Assembly (NCBI GenBank): GCA_013265495.1
Contig: MU058844.1
Location: 3,477,895 to 3,541,894, forward strand
Length of the DNA: 64,000 nucleotides
From: Vicugna vicugna
Taxonomy: Eukaryota
Direction: 5' to 3'
Numbering within the stretch: the stretch's first letter is position 1; every line of letters begins with the position of its first letter. Below are positions 37,364 through 51,770 of the stretch, in pieces. Both the position numbers and the translations under genes were made by a program. The notes under the pieces were generated by a model. That model searched no databases, was not told where the DNA came from, and saw only the letters and a program-made list of their open reading frames with translations.

Positions 37364-37454
37364 TTTTTTTTCCCAACAGAAGTACTGGGTACTGAACCCT
37401 GGACCTTGTGAATGCTAAGCACCCACTCTACCACTGAGCTATCTCCCTCACCCC
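37364..37454 (-). mobile_element. tRNA-derived SINE (Vic-1-like), second copy
   Basis: Reverse complement reads GATAGCTCAGTGGTAGAGTGGGTGCTTAGCATT...GGTTCAGTACCCAGTAC plus an A tail, similar to the copy at 23237. Confidence 0.75.
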
Positions 37455-40400
37455 AGCTAAGTCCCACTGTTAAACAGCAAAAAGGCAAGATCCCCTTGGT
37501 GAGTTATGGGTTGTCTGGGAGCAAGACCAAAGGCGGGGAGACCAGTTAGCAGGCTCTTGTAGCCATCCACGTGAGAGATGGCAAGAGACTGAACTCAGTG
37601 GCTGGAGAGCGAAAGAAGGAAAGATGGAGTCCTGAATCGGAAGAAACAGAGCTAGCTGGACTCAGTGACTATTGGGTGCAGAGAGCCAGGAGTGTGGAGT
37701 GACAGCAAGAGTCCTTCAGGGAACCAGCGTAGGGCAGCTCCCCTCAGCTCTCTTCTGCTGTCTGGAGGTTATGTTCTGACCTGGCCTTGGTTCTGACAGC
37801 ATTTTCATACTTGCTACGGCTGCCTTCTTCCCCTCTAGCCTCCGAGCCCTGGGAGGAACACATCACTTCCTCCTGAAAAATCATCTCCATTATCTAGGAA
37901 ACTTGGCAGGAACACCAAATTCCTCTCTTTGCCATGCCTCCTAAGCCCGCAGGGTACATGTTCAGCAGATTCTTGGAAGCAGTCCTGGCCAGCACGGCGC
38001 CCTCCAGCGTCAGCAAGCACACTCTGACGATGACTGTGCGTCACAAGGATACTACTTACTACGCTGTGATGCCATCTGCATCCTCACCTGCGTGACCACA
38101 GCCCACGCCGTTCACACAACCTCACTACTCCTTCCCTATGGGGATTCCCAAGGGGGTCCTGCGCCATCAGCTTGGCTACAGAGGAAAGGTGTTCAGGTAG
38201 CCATGGGCTTGTGGAAGGAAGCCAGCAGCGCCTGGGTGTGCAGAGGTGGACTCAGTGCACTGTGCTCTCTCGCCTCAGAAGGAGCGCACAGGGCGCCAGC
38301 AAACAGCACCCTCCGTGAGTCAGTGCCCGCTCTGCCCGCCTGTCCTTTGCACCAGTCTTTTGAACCAGTAAACACAGGCACACCCGTAACTACAACCTCT
38401 TATCTGCAGGAAAATAAGCCAGTAGGAAAGTGGTGCAGGACACTGAACAAACCATCTACAAGAACCAAGGGCTCCACCCTCCTTAGAAAGCCCCTAAACC
38501 CTAGATTTGGGGCGCTGACTTTGATGGAAAAGATGAACTGACCATGCCTCTAGTTGGGTCTGTCTTTAGTTTCTCTTTTTGGAAGATGTTTTAGAGCCCG
38601 AGTATTGAAAAAAAAAAACAAACAAACTGACAAACCTGTTAGTGGCACTTGGAATATCTCCTTATTTCCTGGGTGATCTTCTAAAATTTAAAAGCAAGCT
38701 ATTGGTGTGTTCTGGTGGCTCTTGGAACCCCAGCATTTTCAAAACCATGTTACTGAATAACTCCTCTATTTAAGGTTGTCCAAGTAAACAATGTGCTACA
38801 GACACTCAAACTGTGAAGGAAATCTCGATGGATGGTAGAAAAAAAAGAAACAAAAATATCTCACTCACAGTTTATGCTCCCAGGCAATTTTGGCTGGGTG
38901 ATTAGATTACTGTATTTGTTACAGCTTGATCACCTGTATTTCATCTCAAATAAATTTTTTTCAGTTTCTTTGCCAACAAAGCACACTTGAGAAAAACGCC
39001 TCAAAATCAATTTATACTGCTTCACTGGTTTTATGCATTTTACATTTAAGGAAACAACAATTAGGATATTTCCAATGAAGAAAAGAACTCCATTTAAGCT
39101 GCCACAAATGTCAAAAGTTCCTGGCTATGCTAACACTTATGTAATTGTCCTGGAAACCCCACGCACCAGAATAGACCTACAACACAAGGCATGACTCACT
39201 GAATATTTCTATGCACATACTCTCCCGAAAATGCACTCCAGTTGGTTTTTTTTTTCCAAAGGGGGAAAAAAAAAGAAAAAGACAAATTATGGTACATCAA
39301 ATCCAAAAGTTCTTTCTGCAATTTTTTTAGAAAGTACTGCCTTACATGATAGCATGAGAAGATGTTGCTGTTTTCATTAATAAAGCAGCCAGATGGGCTA
39401 GCATTAAAACAGGTTGAAACTCTAAATCCTTCCTGAAAGAAAAAAAGTCACATAGAGAACGTGTGGGCTCTCAAGTTTCCACATGGTCCTCATTTCCTCT
39501 TGCGACTTTATTCCCAAGTTTGTTTTTGAGAAGTGGTGGCTGGTAGCATATGACTGGTGTCCCAGTCTTGCAAGCAACGTTAAGGAAAATGACACACGCC
39601 AGAAAATGCCAATCAGGACGGCCAGGCCTGGCCCATACCAAGGCTCAGATCCTCTGAGAGCTTTTATTGGACACTGTCTCTAGGCCCAAATGCTTGTGGG
39701 AATTTACTAAAGCATACTGCATAACTGTATCCCCAAAAGCCTATGTTTGGTGCTACTTTCAATACCAAGCGAGTGTGTTTTTCAATAGCAATCATCAGAA
39801 CAGAGTTGAGGACTCCAATCAGAGGTAAGCCAAACCAGCTTGTTCATGGGAGGGTTCCAGGGGCAGTTTTGCCAGGCAGCGGAAACAGGTTGCAGATGGG
39901 AATTCCTCTTTACGCAGCGGTGGGGCAATTTAGCCACATGGTTGTCATCAGAAATTTTCAACAAGAGGTCTTCAGTCTGTATTCCACTTGAGGGTGCCAA
40001 GAGAAGGAGTCTGGTGGGCAGCAACCCCCAGAGGACCAAGCAGCCATAGCTGGAAATGCAGCGAGAGCTCAGAGCAGAACCCGGAGCCCAGCCTACCAGG
40101 GATGGGTAAGGTGAGCTGCTCACATTTCCTCTGCCTAAGAGCAGACCTGGGCCAATACCTGGGATGGGGCTGAGCTGCAGTGGGCCCCCATGGTCTTAGC
40201 CCAGGACTGAGCCTGAATTCAGGCAAAGATGCCAGGCAGATGGCCAAATGCTGCCCACACCAAAGTCCTTGTGGCTCCCAGCCCTGATTTTTCTCCCACA
40301 GTGTCATCCCTTTTTGCAAGCTGTTTTTGTTACCTGAAATTCTCAAGCTCAAACTCCTCAGGCTGTTCATTCTTCAGGATCCAGTTCACAAAGCATCTTC

Positions 40401-40699
40401 TCTGTGAAGCCCTTCCTGACTCCTGACTATCTTGTCCTGTTTTCCTTAACACATATCTCACCCAAATAGCCTCCAAGCTTCTTGCCAAATGTGCCTTGGC
40501 ATCTCCTGAGCCCAGCAGAGCACCAGCATAGCATAAGATCTGAATAAGTAATTGATGATAATTAAATGAATGGAGTGACTGTACAATTCAGTTCACTGAA
40601 TGGAGTGAATAAGTATTTACTAAATGAAAACTGATCAGAAACAGGTTAATGCCTGAACTGATTGTTAACAATTCCATGTATTGACAAGAGACACAAAAT

Positions 40700-40850
40700 A
40701 ATAACAGTAGCTAACATTTGTGTCCTGCTGACTGTCCTGGGCTCCTGTGCTTAGTCCTTTGCATAGAGTATCTTCTTCCATCTTCACAACTCAAGATATA
40801 AATGCTCTCATAAAACCCATTTTACAGATGAGAAAATGGAGGCATCATGC
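40700..40850 (-). mobile_element. MIR SINE fragment
   Basis: aataacagtagctaacatt...cccattttacagatgagaaaatggaggc. Confidence 0.7.
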
Positions 40851-43800
40851 TAGAGTCTTTAAGAACGCAGCCTGATCTGGGAGCTGTTTACTCTACTCAG
40901 CAGTAGGATCCTGGGCCCTTCACTAGCCACAGGGGACGTGGTGACTGTTGGCGGTGGGGGGAGATGTCATCCAGCTCTTCTTGTCTCTTTGCCTCCCTCC
41001 CTCTCCCCTCCCTGTGTCTTGCATTAACAAGAAGAATACGTTCCATGCAGTTCAACTGCTGGGTCCCACATGATACCTGCCCCTTCCTCTCCCGATGAGT
41101 GAGGCCGTACTGGAAGGGGCAAGAGCTTTCGCCCACTGCCCCCAATTCTCCTTTGAGCTCTTTACCTTGCTAGCATCAAGGTGTAGCTGTGGCAGAAGCT
41201 GAAGTGAAATGATAAGGCATTTTCCTATTCGTCTGGTATTTGTGTATCTCCCTTGTTCCGAGACCCCCGGAAGTAGTTACATCTTCCTCTTCAGTCCTCA
41301 CTCCACCCCATGTGGTAAGTGTCCTTATCCCCAACAAACACACGAGGCACCTGAGAGTCCCAGAGGTTTAGCAATTTGTCTGGTGTCCCAGAAGCTGGAC
41401 ACAGAGCCGGGATTTGAACCAAGGCCCATCTGCCTCCAATGTGAGGCAATTCAATAAATACGTATGACACACCTCTTTTTGGGGGGTGCTCATGAACACA
41501 CAGCGTGTTGTCACTAAGACCCTTTGGTGTCAGGAACATGCCTGTAATCACCTTCTCAGGCTACTGGCCAAGGTCTCCTTCAAAGCACGACTCTGGTGAC
41601 AGCCTTTTGGCTTGCTTATTAGAAAAAGTCACAAAGATGCCACTCATTGTGTGATGCTAGTGACAGAAGCCATGCATGATGGTGAGTAAGACCGTCTCCA
41701 GTTGAGAAACCCGGAATCCTTGCCCTGACTTCCGCCCTTCTCTCCTCTTCTGCTCTTTCCAGACTCATGCGCTCGCTCAGAGTTTACATACAGCCATTTC
41801 TGTCGACCTGTTCGTGACGGATGATGAGAGCCTGTTATGAAACAAGGCACCAGTAGGAGACAGGAGCCCAGAGCCCACACCCACGCTGTTTGCTTTGTGA
41901 AATTCCAGACTGTTGAATCTGCTCCACCTCAGCCTAAGAACTCCAGACTCCACTTTTCTTAATGACTTTCCCCTCCTTAAATGCCTACACAGTTATCTCT
42001 GAAAAAGGAGAAAAAGAATAGATGAATCATTGGCAGGAAGCGGGGGGAGGAGAGCTGTGTGGTTGGAATGGCGTATGGCTGAGCGTGTGGGCACATAGCT
42101 GTCTGTGTTGTTCCTTCCACCACCCTCTGGAAGCAGGTCCTTTGGACGTGTACTTTCATTCCAGGGTGGGGGCTGCACCCGTTTCAGGTCCTAACATGTA
42201 ATTCCACATCTGCTCAGATTCTTCTCGAAACTCCAGGGGAAGTGGGAAAGTCAGGCTTGGCTCACAGAGGACTGCTGATCCTCTCCTGAAGTTGTGACGT
42301 TAAATCTTCTAAAGAAAAGGTAATAAGCTACTTTCAGTTCGTAGCCACAGAATTTCTCATGCTGTCTTCTCTCTCCTGCAGGATGTGAAGTGAGTGTGTG
42401 AATATTGCTTGTGTCACAGTGTAAGCTTGCTAAGCTCATAAGGGATTGACAAATGCCCAGGTGGGATCTGGAGGAGAGAGACATTCAGACAGAAATGTGC
42501 ATTAAGCCGGAAAACACAAATTGTTCTTGGTGGGGCTTTTGATGGTGGGGGTCATGGAAAGGACATACAGACACTATGATCCTGGGGACAAGTGCCCGTG
42601 TGTTGCTCCCTACAGTTAGCTTCTTGCTGCCTCTATGGCCATTTCGCTTGGATAATTAAGTTTCTAGAATCCCAAGAATCCAAGAGAACACACATTTTTG
42701 AAAAACTGACTCTTTTCAGAAGGCTTCATTTAGGCCCTCCGGTTAGTTCTACGTAAATTTCCCAAAGTTACCTGGATGTATATACTAGGATAAGTAATTG
42801 TGGTTATTTTAGTTTTAGATGGATGCAACTCATTTCATCAACAGACTCTCTCCCATTGATTTTTCCCCCCCACGTCCCTCACTGCCACCTGCCCTCCCTC
42901 CCCTAGAACCATCGCACAGGACCCTGATGTGAGCACACAGATGTACAGAGGGATAAGGGCTTGAAGGGCTTGTCATTTTTTAGTGTAAGAGGAGTTTTGG
43001 TAAAATATGTGTCTAGAAGTTGAGGTTTCTTAGCACAAATTATTATCACTTGGTAACAAAGAAATGTGGTTAAGAGCATTTTTTATTAATGAACACTCCT
43101 TTAGAATCAACTTTAATAATAAAAGTCATCTGATTAAGAATGAGTAAACTCAGTCCAGAAATCAATCTGAATAATCATACAAAATATTTCAGCAATCATA
43201 AATCCTGCTACTAATAGAATTTCCACCCCCATACTGATGATGATTTGATGACTTGTTTATCTGAAAGTCATTCATATTAACCTTCACAAAAGCACTCATT
43301 CTTGGACCCTCAAAAGCTTTGAAATTCTTCTTCATGATTTAAAAATATGACTCTACTGGACTAACTTTTGTGCCCCTCAGGAAGCTCCAGCTCCATCTGA
43401 CCCCCAAGCCTCAGCCTCTTCCTGAATGGAGAGCCTCCTTGGGGTGGGTGTAACAGGAGTGAGTCTCACTAGCTCCCAGCCCAGGGAGACCGACCAAGAC
43501 TCAGGTGCCTTATGGAAGACTATTGCCTTCCCAAGCTTTTTTCCCACTTGGCAGCTTCCTAAGATGTGGAATCTGGCTTCCCTAATGGCTCACTAAAGTG
43601 GCTGGGGAACAACACAGATATGCAGGGGAGATAAATTTTGAATCAAGGGACCAGAGGCCAGGAAGAGAAATCCTTCCTTTCTCCACCCCCACCCCCACCC
43701 ACTGACGTCTTACTTCTCCTTCTCAACTCATCCTGAGTGTCACATTATAATGAAAACTGTTCTCACTCCTCTGGCTTGCTGGGGGTCAAAGAGCCTTGGC

Positions 43801-45009
43801 TTTTGTTTGTTTTGTTTTAATCTCAGAAGAGTATCTGTCATAAACTCAGCCTCAGCCATTATTATCTATCCAAACCGGGAGGGAATTTTAACTCATTAAA
43901 ATAACAGCCTTAATATACACTTCCAGCATTCACAGCCCTGAGGCAGCTGTGACAGCAGAGTGATGGCACTAAATGTCTAAGAGCCTTTATCCTCAACCCC
44001 ACCTCTCCTTAAGAAGATACTATCTGGTCCACTAAGTAGAGAAGTGAAAAAGTTCCCTTTCTCAGTCTGGATGTGGTTTCAAGTGTCTTGTTTCTAATTT
44101 CCAAACATCACATTGCTCTTGGCAGCTGATACTCTTTAGCTGTTGATTAAAAGATACATATTTTACCCAAAACAGAATATCCTGCATCAAAAGGATTCTG
44201 AATATTACTTTGACCTGGCTTTATCACAAGTACACATCAGGAGTCTGCTCAGAGTGAACCTCGAGGTCAGGACACAGAGGCCGAGGATGGTATCAGAGGT
44301 AGCACGATGCATGGAGATGAGGAAGTGGATCGGTGAATAGCAGGCTGCGTGCACCCACACCAAGCTGGGCAGAGTAACCCATCTGAGGAAAGAAATGCTC
44401 GCATCCAGCCGTATTGTGGTGAGATGAAACCCACTCACAGGAACGTCAGGTGAGGTGTAGGGAACGTACTTTTAACCCACGGACCCTTCACTGGTGTGCT
44501 AGTTAACCTTAATGCAGATTTTAGATCTCCAATCATCCTTCTTATTAGAAAGAAAATAGACTGTAGGCAGTAGGCCGGACTGAAGGTAGAATGAGCGATT
44601 TCTTTCTTTTTTTTTTAAATCATTGTCTTAGTCAAATTCCCTAGAGAATAAAACCTGCGGCAAAGATTCCTCGCCAAGGCTCTGTTGGAAGGTGCAATCC
44701 CAGGGCTGCAAAAACGAGGCAGAGAGAGAGCTGAGGCAGAGAAGAGAGCGGTGCAGACACCAGGTGGGCGTGTCAGGGAGCTGGCCACAAAGTCATAGGG
44801 AAATACGAGCCTGTTGCTCATCCTGCAAGTCACCTTGAAGCGATCCACCCCTGGGATTGCTAAGCACCTCTACATTTTTTTTCTACCTAAAACTAATAAT
44901 TGAGTTCTGGTGTTAAAGTTCAGTGGCTACAACCAACTTGATATTATGGTTGAAAAATAAAGCGTAAAAATAAAACGGGATTTTTATTTTACTTATTTAT
45001 TTACCAATC

Positions 45010-45780
45010 AAAAAACTGAAACAGAATGTGAGTATATCACTCACAGGAAAGGAAATTCAAACAGCCTTTAAACACAGGAAAAGATGCTCTACCTGACTCT
45101 TAGTGAGAGAAATGGAAGTTAAAGCTGTCATGAGATATGAAGACTCATCTATCTGATTAGCACAAGGTTTGGGGGCACACTGTGTCAGCTAAGGCACAGA
45201 AAAAAAACAGCAGTGGCGGGAATGCAAACTTGTATAATCTCCGAAGGAGGAGGTTAGGTGACAGGAAGCAAAATTATAAATTTGCACACTCTGACCAAGC
45301 AATTCCACATCTAAGAATTCATCCTACAAATACACACAAAGTGGACACGTGTGTAAAGAGCATATGTACCTCAGTCATTGCCTGCAGTTGCAAGCAAGAT
45401 TATGAACAATCTCAATGCCCACCGAGAGGAAGGTTGCATACGTAAACTACGCTGTCCTCATGCAATGAGATACCATGTGGCCATTAAAAAGAATGAGGGA
45501 GCTCTATGTTTTCTGATGTGAGCCCACCTCCAAAGTGCGTTCAGTGAAAATCAACTTACACTCCTGTAGGCTGTGTCATGACACCACCAGGAAGACTAAA
45601 TGTATATGTTTGTGTATGGACAGACTCTCTTTGGGAGAACCCACAAGACTGGTTAACAGTGGCTGCCTCTGGAGAAAGGAACTAGGGGTCTAGGAGAGAC
45701 TTTTACTCTATACCACTTCTTTCGTTTTGAATTTTGTTCCATGCACAATGATCATCTACCCAAATATAACTCAGTAATGC
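45010..45780 (+). mobile_element. Old L1M ORF2 end and 3'UTR
   Basis: gaaaagatgctc..., agcaattccacatctaagaattcatcctaca, gccattaaaaagaatgagg. Confidence 0.75.
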
Positions 45781-45897
45781 TTCATTTTTTAAGAGAAGAA
45801 AAAACTGTATAATATATGTAGATATTTGAAAAGGGGCATTCATCTCATTTATGAGAAAACTGTATTCTGCAGTTCCATGTCATCTGGAAGCAGCACT

Positions 45898-47007
45898 TTA
45901 TTTTTTTTTTCATTTATTATAAAATACACTTACAGGCGGTTTTAGGTTTAGGGCAAAATTGAGCAGGAAGCACAGAAATTTCCCATATACACCCTGTCCC
46001 ACACATGCACAGCCTCTGCCGTTATCAACATCCCTCACCAGAGTGGAAGCAATGAGCCTACACTCCGATCTTGTTATCTATCACCCAAAGTCCAGAATTC
46101 ATGTCAGAGCCCACTCTCGGTGTTGTACATCCTGTGGATTTTAACAAATGTATACTGACGTGTATCTGTCATTATAATATCATACAGAAACACTGCCCTA
46201 CAAAACCTCTGTGCTCCACCAATTCACCCGTCCCAACCTCCAACCCTTGGCAATCACTGATCTTTTTCCTGTCTCCATAGTTTTGCCTTTTCAAGGTTGT
46301 ATAGTTGTATTCATACAGTGTGTAGCCTTTTCAGATTTGCTTCTTTCACTTAGCAATACGCATTTCAGCTCCTTACAAGTCTTTTCATGACTTGGTAACA
46401 CATTTCTTTTTAGTGCTGAATAATATTCCATTGCCTGGATCGACCACAGTTTACTCATTCACCAACTGAAGGACATCCTGTTGCTTCCAAGTTTTGGCAG
46501 TTATGAATAAAGCCGCTATAAACATCTACGTGCAGGGTTTTTTTGTGGACATGTTTTCAGCTCCTTTGGGTAAATACTAAGGAGCGTGACTGTATCATAT
46601 GAAGAGTATGTTTAGTTTTGTAAGAAGTTGCCAAACTGCCTTCCAAAGTGGCTGTGCCATTTTGCATTCCCACCAGCAATGGATGAGAGTTCCTGTCACC
46701 ACACATCTTTGCCAGCCTTTCATGTTGTCAGTGTTTCAGGTTTTGGCCACTCTGACAGCTGTGCAGTGGTGTCTCACTGTTGTTTTAATTTGCACTTCCC
46801 TGATGACATAAGATGTGGGGCATATTTCATGTGCTTACTCATCATCTCCGTATCTTCGGTGAAGTGGCCATTAAGGTCTCTGGCCCTTTTTAAAATCGGG
46901 CTGTTCATTTTCTTACTGCTGAGCTTTAAGAGTTCTTTGTACACGTTGCGTAACAGTCCTTTATCAGATGTGTCTTGTGCAAACATTTTCTCCCAGTCTG
47001 TGGCTTG
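45898..47007 (-). mobile_element. L1 (L1MB-like) 3' portion
   Basis: Minus ORF ATDWEKMFAQDTSDKGL...LNGHFTEDT is L1 ORF2. ttttgcattcccaccagcaatggatgagagttcctg. Poly(T) at ~45900. Confidence 0.9.
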
Positions 47008-48669
47008 CGCGTATTTTAAAAAAGAAGTGAATAAGCCACCTTTAAAAATTGAAACTGAAATTAGAATTATCAAATGGCCACATTACTTTATTAGTAAATG
47101 AAGAATTCTGTATTCGTATCTGATTCTCTGTTGTCAGCACAGCCAGGTCTCCAGTTGTTTCCTTTGAGCGCTTTGAGGTAAAGGAATCTAACGAGTAATG
47201 GATGAGTACATGCAAATGCGGACTGTGATGTTGTGATATTTACATTGCCCTTAAAATAAGAACTAATTTGTGTGAGGATTAAAAAGGGTTATCCTTCTGT
47301 AATTTGAAATCTCTCAACTGCTTTGTGATGAATTTTGCCAGTAAGTTTTTTTCCCAAAAATGCACGTTAAGAGAGAACAAGTGAATCAGAATAATTTACT
47401 GTACCAGAGCAAATATTTCCATTTGAGAGAACTAATCATTTATTACTTACATAACTGTACCTTAGAAAGTAGTGAATATTACCTTCTCCTTATGTGTTCC
47501 TGACATGTCTCGTTATACAACGTTATAATCATTTAGTTTTCAAGTATAAAATGGAGACCTGTGGAGTTCCTCAGGGTAAGTCCAAGTCATCCCACCCAGG
47601 GATGGAAGGACTCCATCAGTCACCTAACACCACCATCCTTTTGGATCTTGAACTATACACTATTCTGACAGCACACTGAACGCTTCCTTTGCAACATTCT
47701 CTCTGAGGTCTTGTTCCCACCTCGTAGCGTCTTCATGTCCCCATGTGATTGATCTTTTTATCCCTCAGAAGATCTTGCCTCAACTCAGCAGATGTATTAC
47801 CGTGGAGTTTTTTGAAAAGGTTGAAGACAGTCATTTGGGCAAAGTTGAAAGCATTTTCAGCCTGAAGTGCATCCTGTAATAGATACCAGTGAGACTTTTC
47901 CAAAAAGTGGAGGCAATCCTGCTACAGTTCTGGGTGGTGAGATGGAGATCTAGTCGTCAAAGAGGCCCGGGTAGCAGGTGAAAAAGGCACAGCAAGATGT
48001 CCCTTTCTTCCAAGCCAGACTCCAACACCCCAAACGCAAGAACAACCTGAAGGCATTGTGTCCAACTTTTTACTTAAATGACTGTGTTTAACTCCTTCTA
48101 CTAACATGGGATGCCGCCACCCCATTTTAGCCGTAAGAGTAATAGGAGTGACACGCCTTATACTTTTATTTGTAATGAAAACCAACAGGGAGACAAGACC
48201 TTTCTTTACAAAATTTTACTTTACGGAACAGTGTTTGTAACCACACACGTTGCAATAGCATTTTCGTCCTAAAGGCCACGAATGATTGCATTAGAAATGC
48301 CACTTCCTGGGTTGTGAGCACTTGGAGCTTCAACAGAAACTTCCCTCCAACAAGTATTTGACACTTTACCCAACTTTTCTGCAGGTTTGAAATTTTTATA
48401 ATAAAAAGTTAGTGGCGAAAGGTAATTTCTTTCTAGAAATTGGCATTTAGAATAACATTTCCCCCTCTTTCTTACCTACCACTACAAGCACCTCTCAGGA
48501 CCTGCCTGTGTGAGGTGAGATAAGGACTTTGTCATTTTCTATTACTAGGGAGGGATTCTGAGTCACAGAAGGGCTAAGTGATTGTCCTACCCCAGAAATA
48601 AGAGGAATAAAATGAAGCAGGATGGTCAGTACGTTATTTTGGGGACAGGACTATCGAGGTGGTAGAGCA

Positions 48670-49335
48670 TCATTTTCTTGGACAACTGCAGCTGCTTCCT
48701 AATTGGTCTTCCCACCTCACTTTCTCCCCTCCAGTCTACTCACCCCCTTTGTTACCAGAACCATATTCTGAGATCATGCCACATCTGCGATGTGTAAATA
48801 TCTGCGATGACTTCTCACCGCCTAGACAAAAATTCCAAACTTCTTAGCAGGACACCCACAGCCCAGGCCCACCTGGCTTTAAACTACCTTTCCTGCGTTC
48901 TTTGCCACTCTGCGCCCTCCAGACCGCTCAACAGCTCTCCCACGGTCATGCGTGTCCACGGCTCCAGACCTCCGCTCGTGCCACTGGCTCGCTTACGTAG
49001 ACTGCCTTTCTTCTTCTATCCTTCTGGGACTTGTGTGTGTGTGTGGGGGGGCGGTTTCTATTTATCTGTAGGGATCTACCTCGAATACTATGTTCTCTGG
49101 GTCACTTCCCAACACCCAAGGTCAATGAACCCACTTCCTCCTCTTGTTCCTACAGCCCTTGTTTTCTATTGCAATTACTACATTTATTTTCTTACATTCT
49201 AGCTACCTGGGGATGTGTCTAACCTCCCCAATCAGACTTAATTTTGTGACAGCAAGGTCTGACTCTTACTGATTTCCATACACTCCAGCAATCATTTCAG
49301 ATCTAGACACACAACGGTGCTCAACGAAACACATG
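48670..49335 (+). mobile_element. Degraded L2 3' fragment
   Basis: cagctgcttcctaattggtct..., aaattccaaacttcttagc, and an L2-like end ggtgctcaacgaa. Confidence 0.55.
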
Positions 49336-49824
49336 AGGCTGTTACCAAGAGAAACCTTCTTTTAGGCAAAACCACAGACAGATCTGGGTACAGGTTCAGG
49401 CCTCTTGAAAAGAAACCAGAGTTTGTGCCAGCTCAAGAATTGAGCTTACAAGGACAAGGTGATCAGTTATGTCAACAGCTGTACTTTTCTGTTAAGAAAT
49501 TCTGATATCAGTGGGTAAAGTGCACTAACTGATTCATCCTTCCAGGTAACCTTTAAGAAAACGTCTGTGCTTTTGGACCAGAGCTAATGGGTGAGGAACC
49601 TGGATGTCTCGGATATCAGGAGCTTTTCAAAGCGTGGTCCACCTGTAAGAGCCACTCCTGGCTCCTGCCCCTCTCCAGACATCTCAAGAGTCGCCGAGGG
49701 GGGCGTGGACTACAAGCAAGTACCTCCAGCTTCCTCTAAACATTTATTCCAAGACCCACTGGCCTGGCTGGAAACCTCTCCCTAGACAAGGGGAGTGATG
49801 GGGAGTGAGTGCTGTGAATTCTAA

Positions 49825-49975
49825 GCCTGCGGTTCTCAGCTCAGGTGGCAGACTAGACTTCCCTAGGGGAACTTCTGAAACATATCGATGCCTGGGATGC
49901 ACCTCACATCATTTAGATCAGACGTACTGGAGATGGGACTTGAGCACCTGTATTTTTCACAAGTTTGCTTCTGAG
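49825..49975. mobile_element. MER5-like hAT-Charlie element
   Basis: gcggttctca...gatgcctggg...gatcaga...ctgtatttttcacaag pattern. Confidence 0.55.
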
Positions 49976-51599
49976 CCAATGTGGCTGTTGGATAAATGTC
50001 AGATTCTTTTGATAAAAATCAGAGACCTCTAGTGGTAAGAGGCCCCAGATTTAGGTCACACTCCTCACTCTCACTATAAAAGTACATTTCATACTAAATT
50101 TAACTAGACGGAAAAAAAAACATTTTGGCAAGTGGGTACAGTCATCTAAACTGAGTCCTCTCCACCTCCCTGCATTTGATTAACATCTCCTTGCACAGAA
50201 GGGCCAGGCTGAAGGAAAGACAGCAACGTTCCAAAATAAAGCCCAGCGGTCTGTGTACCTTAAAGGGGCGAAGGTGGCAGGGAGAGGAGGGAGCAGCGTC
50301 CAGGCTCCAGGTCTGGAGGCTGAGTGGGTACACATGCACGTGGGCTGGCTGCCTTCTTATATCTCAGTCATTCAAGATCCACAGGTCCTGCTGTACCTCC
50401 TCTAACAATGATACATCGTAAGTGCCACCAATTTCAGCAACAGAAATAATTTTTTAACACCTTTTACGCAAACTTCTTTAAAAAACCCACAGGTTACTGA
50501 GCTAAGGTATTGGCTCATATTAGAGAATGTTACAGCTAATTATCCATCTTTTAAAGCATTAGAGTGCTATGGTAGCAATCCTGAATTACTCAAAGCAAAT
50601 TTCCATACAGACAACATAACAAAAGAGCAGAGAAATCCCCATCATAAAGGCTTTTTCCCTGGGAAACTGGTTAGGTGAGGCAGGATGGGGGGTGAATAAC
50701 CTAGCAAGGCTTTGACTTTAGAGTTTGGGTAAAGAATCTAAAACTTCTGATGGCTCCAGAAAAACCTGGCTGACTTACACCAAAAGATGCACACTTGTCA
50801 GACGTTTAATAAAAATAACCTTGGAATCACACATGTGCAAAAATTACTGTAGAAACGGAGCTAAGCAGGTGGCTCATTCAGTGAAAGCTAGGTGTATTTC
50901 CATCATGTGGCCTTCAGCAGAGCGCTCTTCACCCACGAGTGGAAGGTTCCTCCCCGTCCCGGGAGAGTGGCTCTCAGACCCAACTCTGACCCACCCCCTT
51001 CTCCCTCCACCTAGAAAGCACTTGCTGGATAGGGTGTCAGAGGAAGGAAGGAACTTCCCAGGGGAGATTTCTTAGATGCAGGAGGCCTTAAAAGCTTGAG
51101 TACATAAATGGGTGCTCCCATCAGCGACAGCAGACCCAGATCCCTGAGAATGATGGTCACATCGCTTGGGCCAGTACACTTCCCATTCACCTCCTGCAGA
51201 TCGTGCAGTCGGTAAGAACGGCTGCGAGCGACGTGACCATCAGCAGGTGAGTCTCAGACTGCTGGGAAGTCCCTCCGAAGCAACCAACGTCCCCAGCGTC
51301 CTCAGTTTATCCAGACCTCTCAGCAGACTGAGAAACCAGGATTTCTGGGCCGCCTATGTCAGCAACTAAAAGGAATGGTAAATCAACTGATTCTGTTCTT
51401 TAACATTCTTTTTAGTTAGAATCTTGCATGGATTTTTTTTTCCATTTCTAAGAACAAAACTGACACTTTAAGGTTTTTCATTAAATAATCCCTTTTTAGA
51501 AAAGTCAAGAAATAATTATTAAAAACTGTGTGTATGTTTGTGTGTGTGTATGTCAACAACAAAAATGGGTAACTGTCAATGAATTCTTGTTTCAGGCCT

Positions 51600-51770
51600 G
51601 TGCCTACCCCTTTACAAATACGACTCACTGATTACAATAGTCCTGCGACAGACGATCTTCACTTCACAGGTAAGAACACTGAGGCATACAGAGACTATGT
51701 GATTGCCTGCAGAGTCATATGCTAGAAAGGTCCAGAATCCAGGCTGGCCTGACTCCAGAACTCCCAGTCT
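51600..51770 (-). mobile_element. MIR SINE
   Basis: ttcacaggtaagaacactgaggcatacagag...gtgattgcc...gtcatatgctag...gcctgactccaga. Confidence 0.65.
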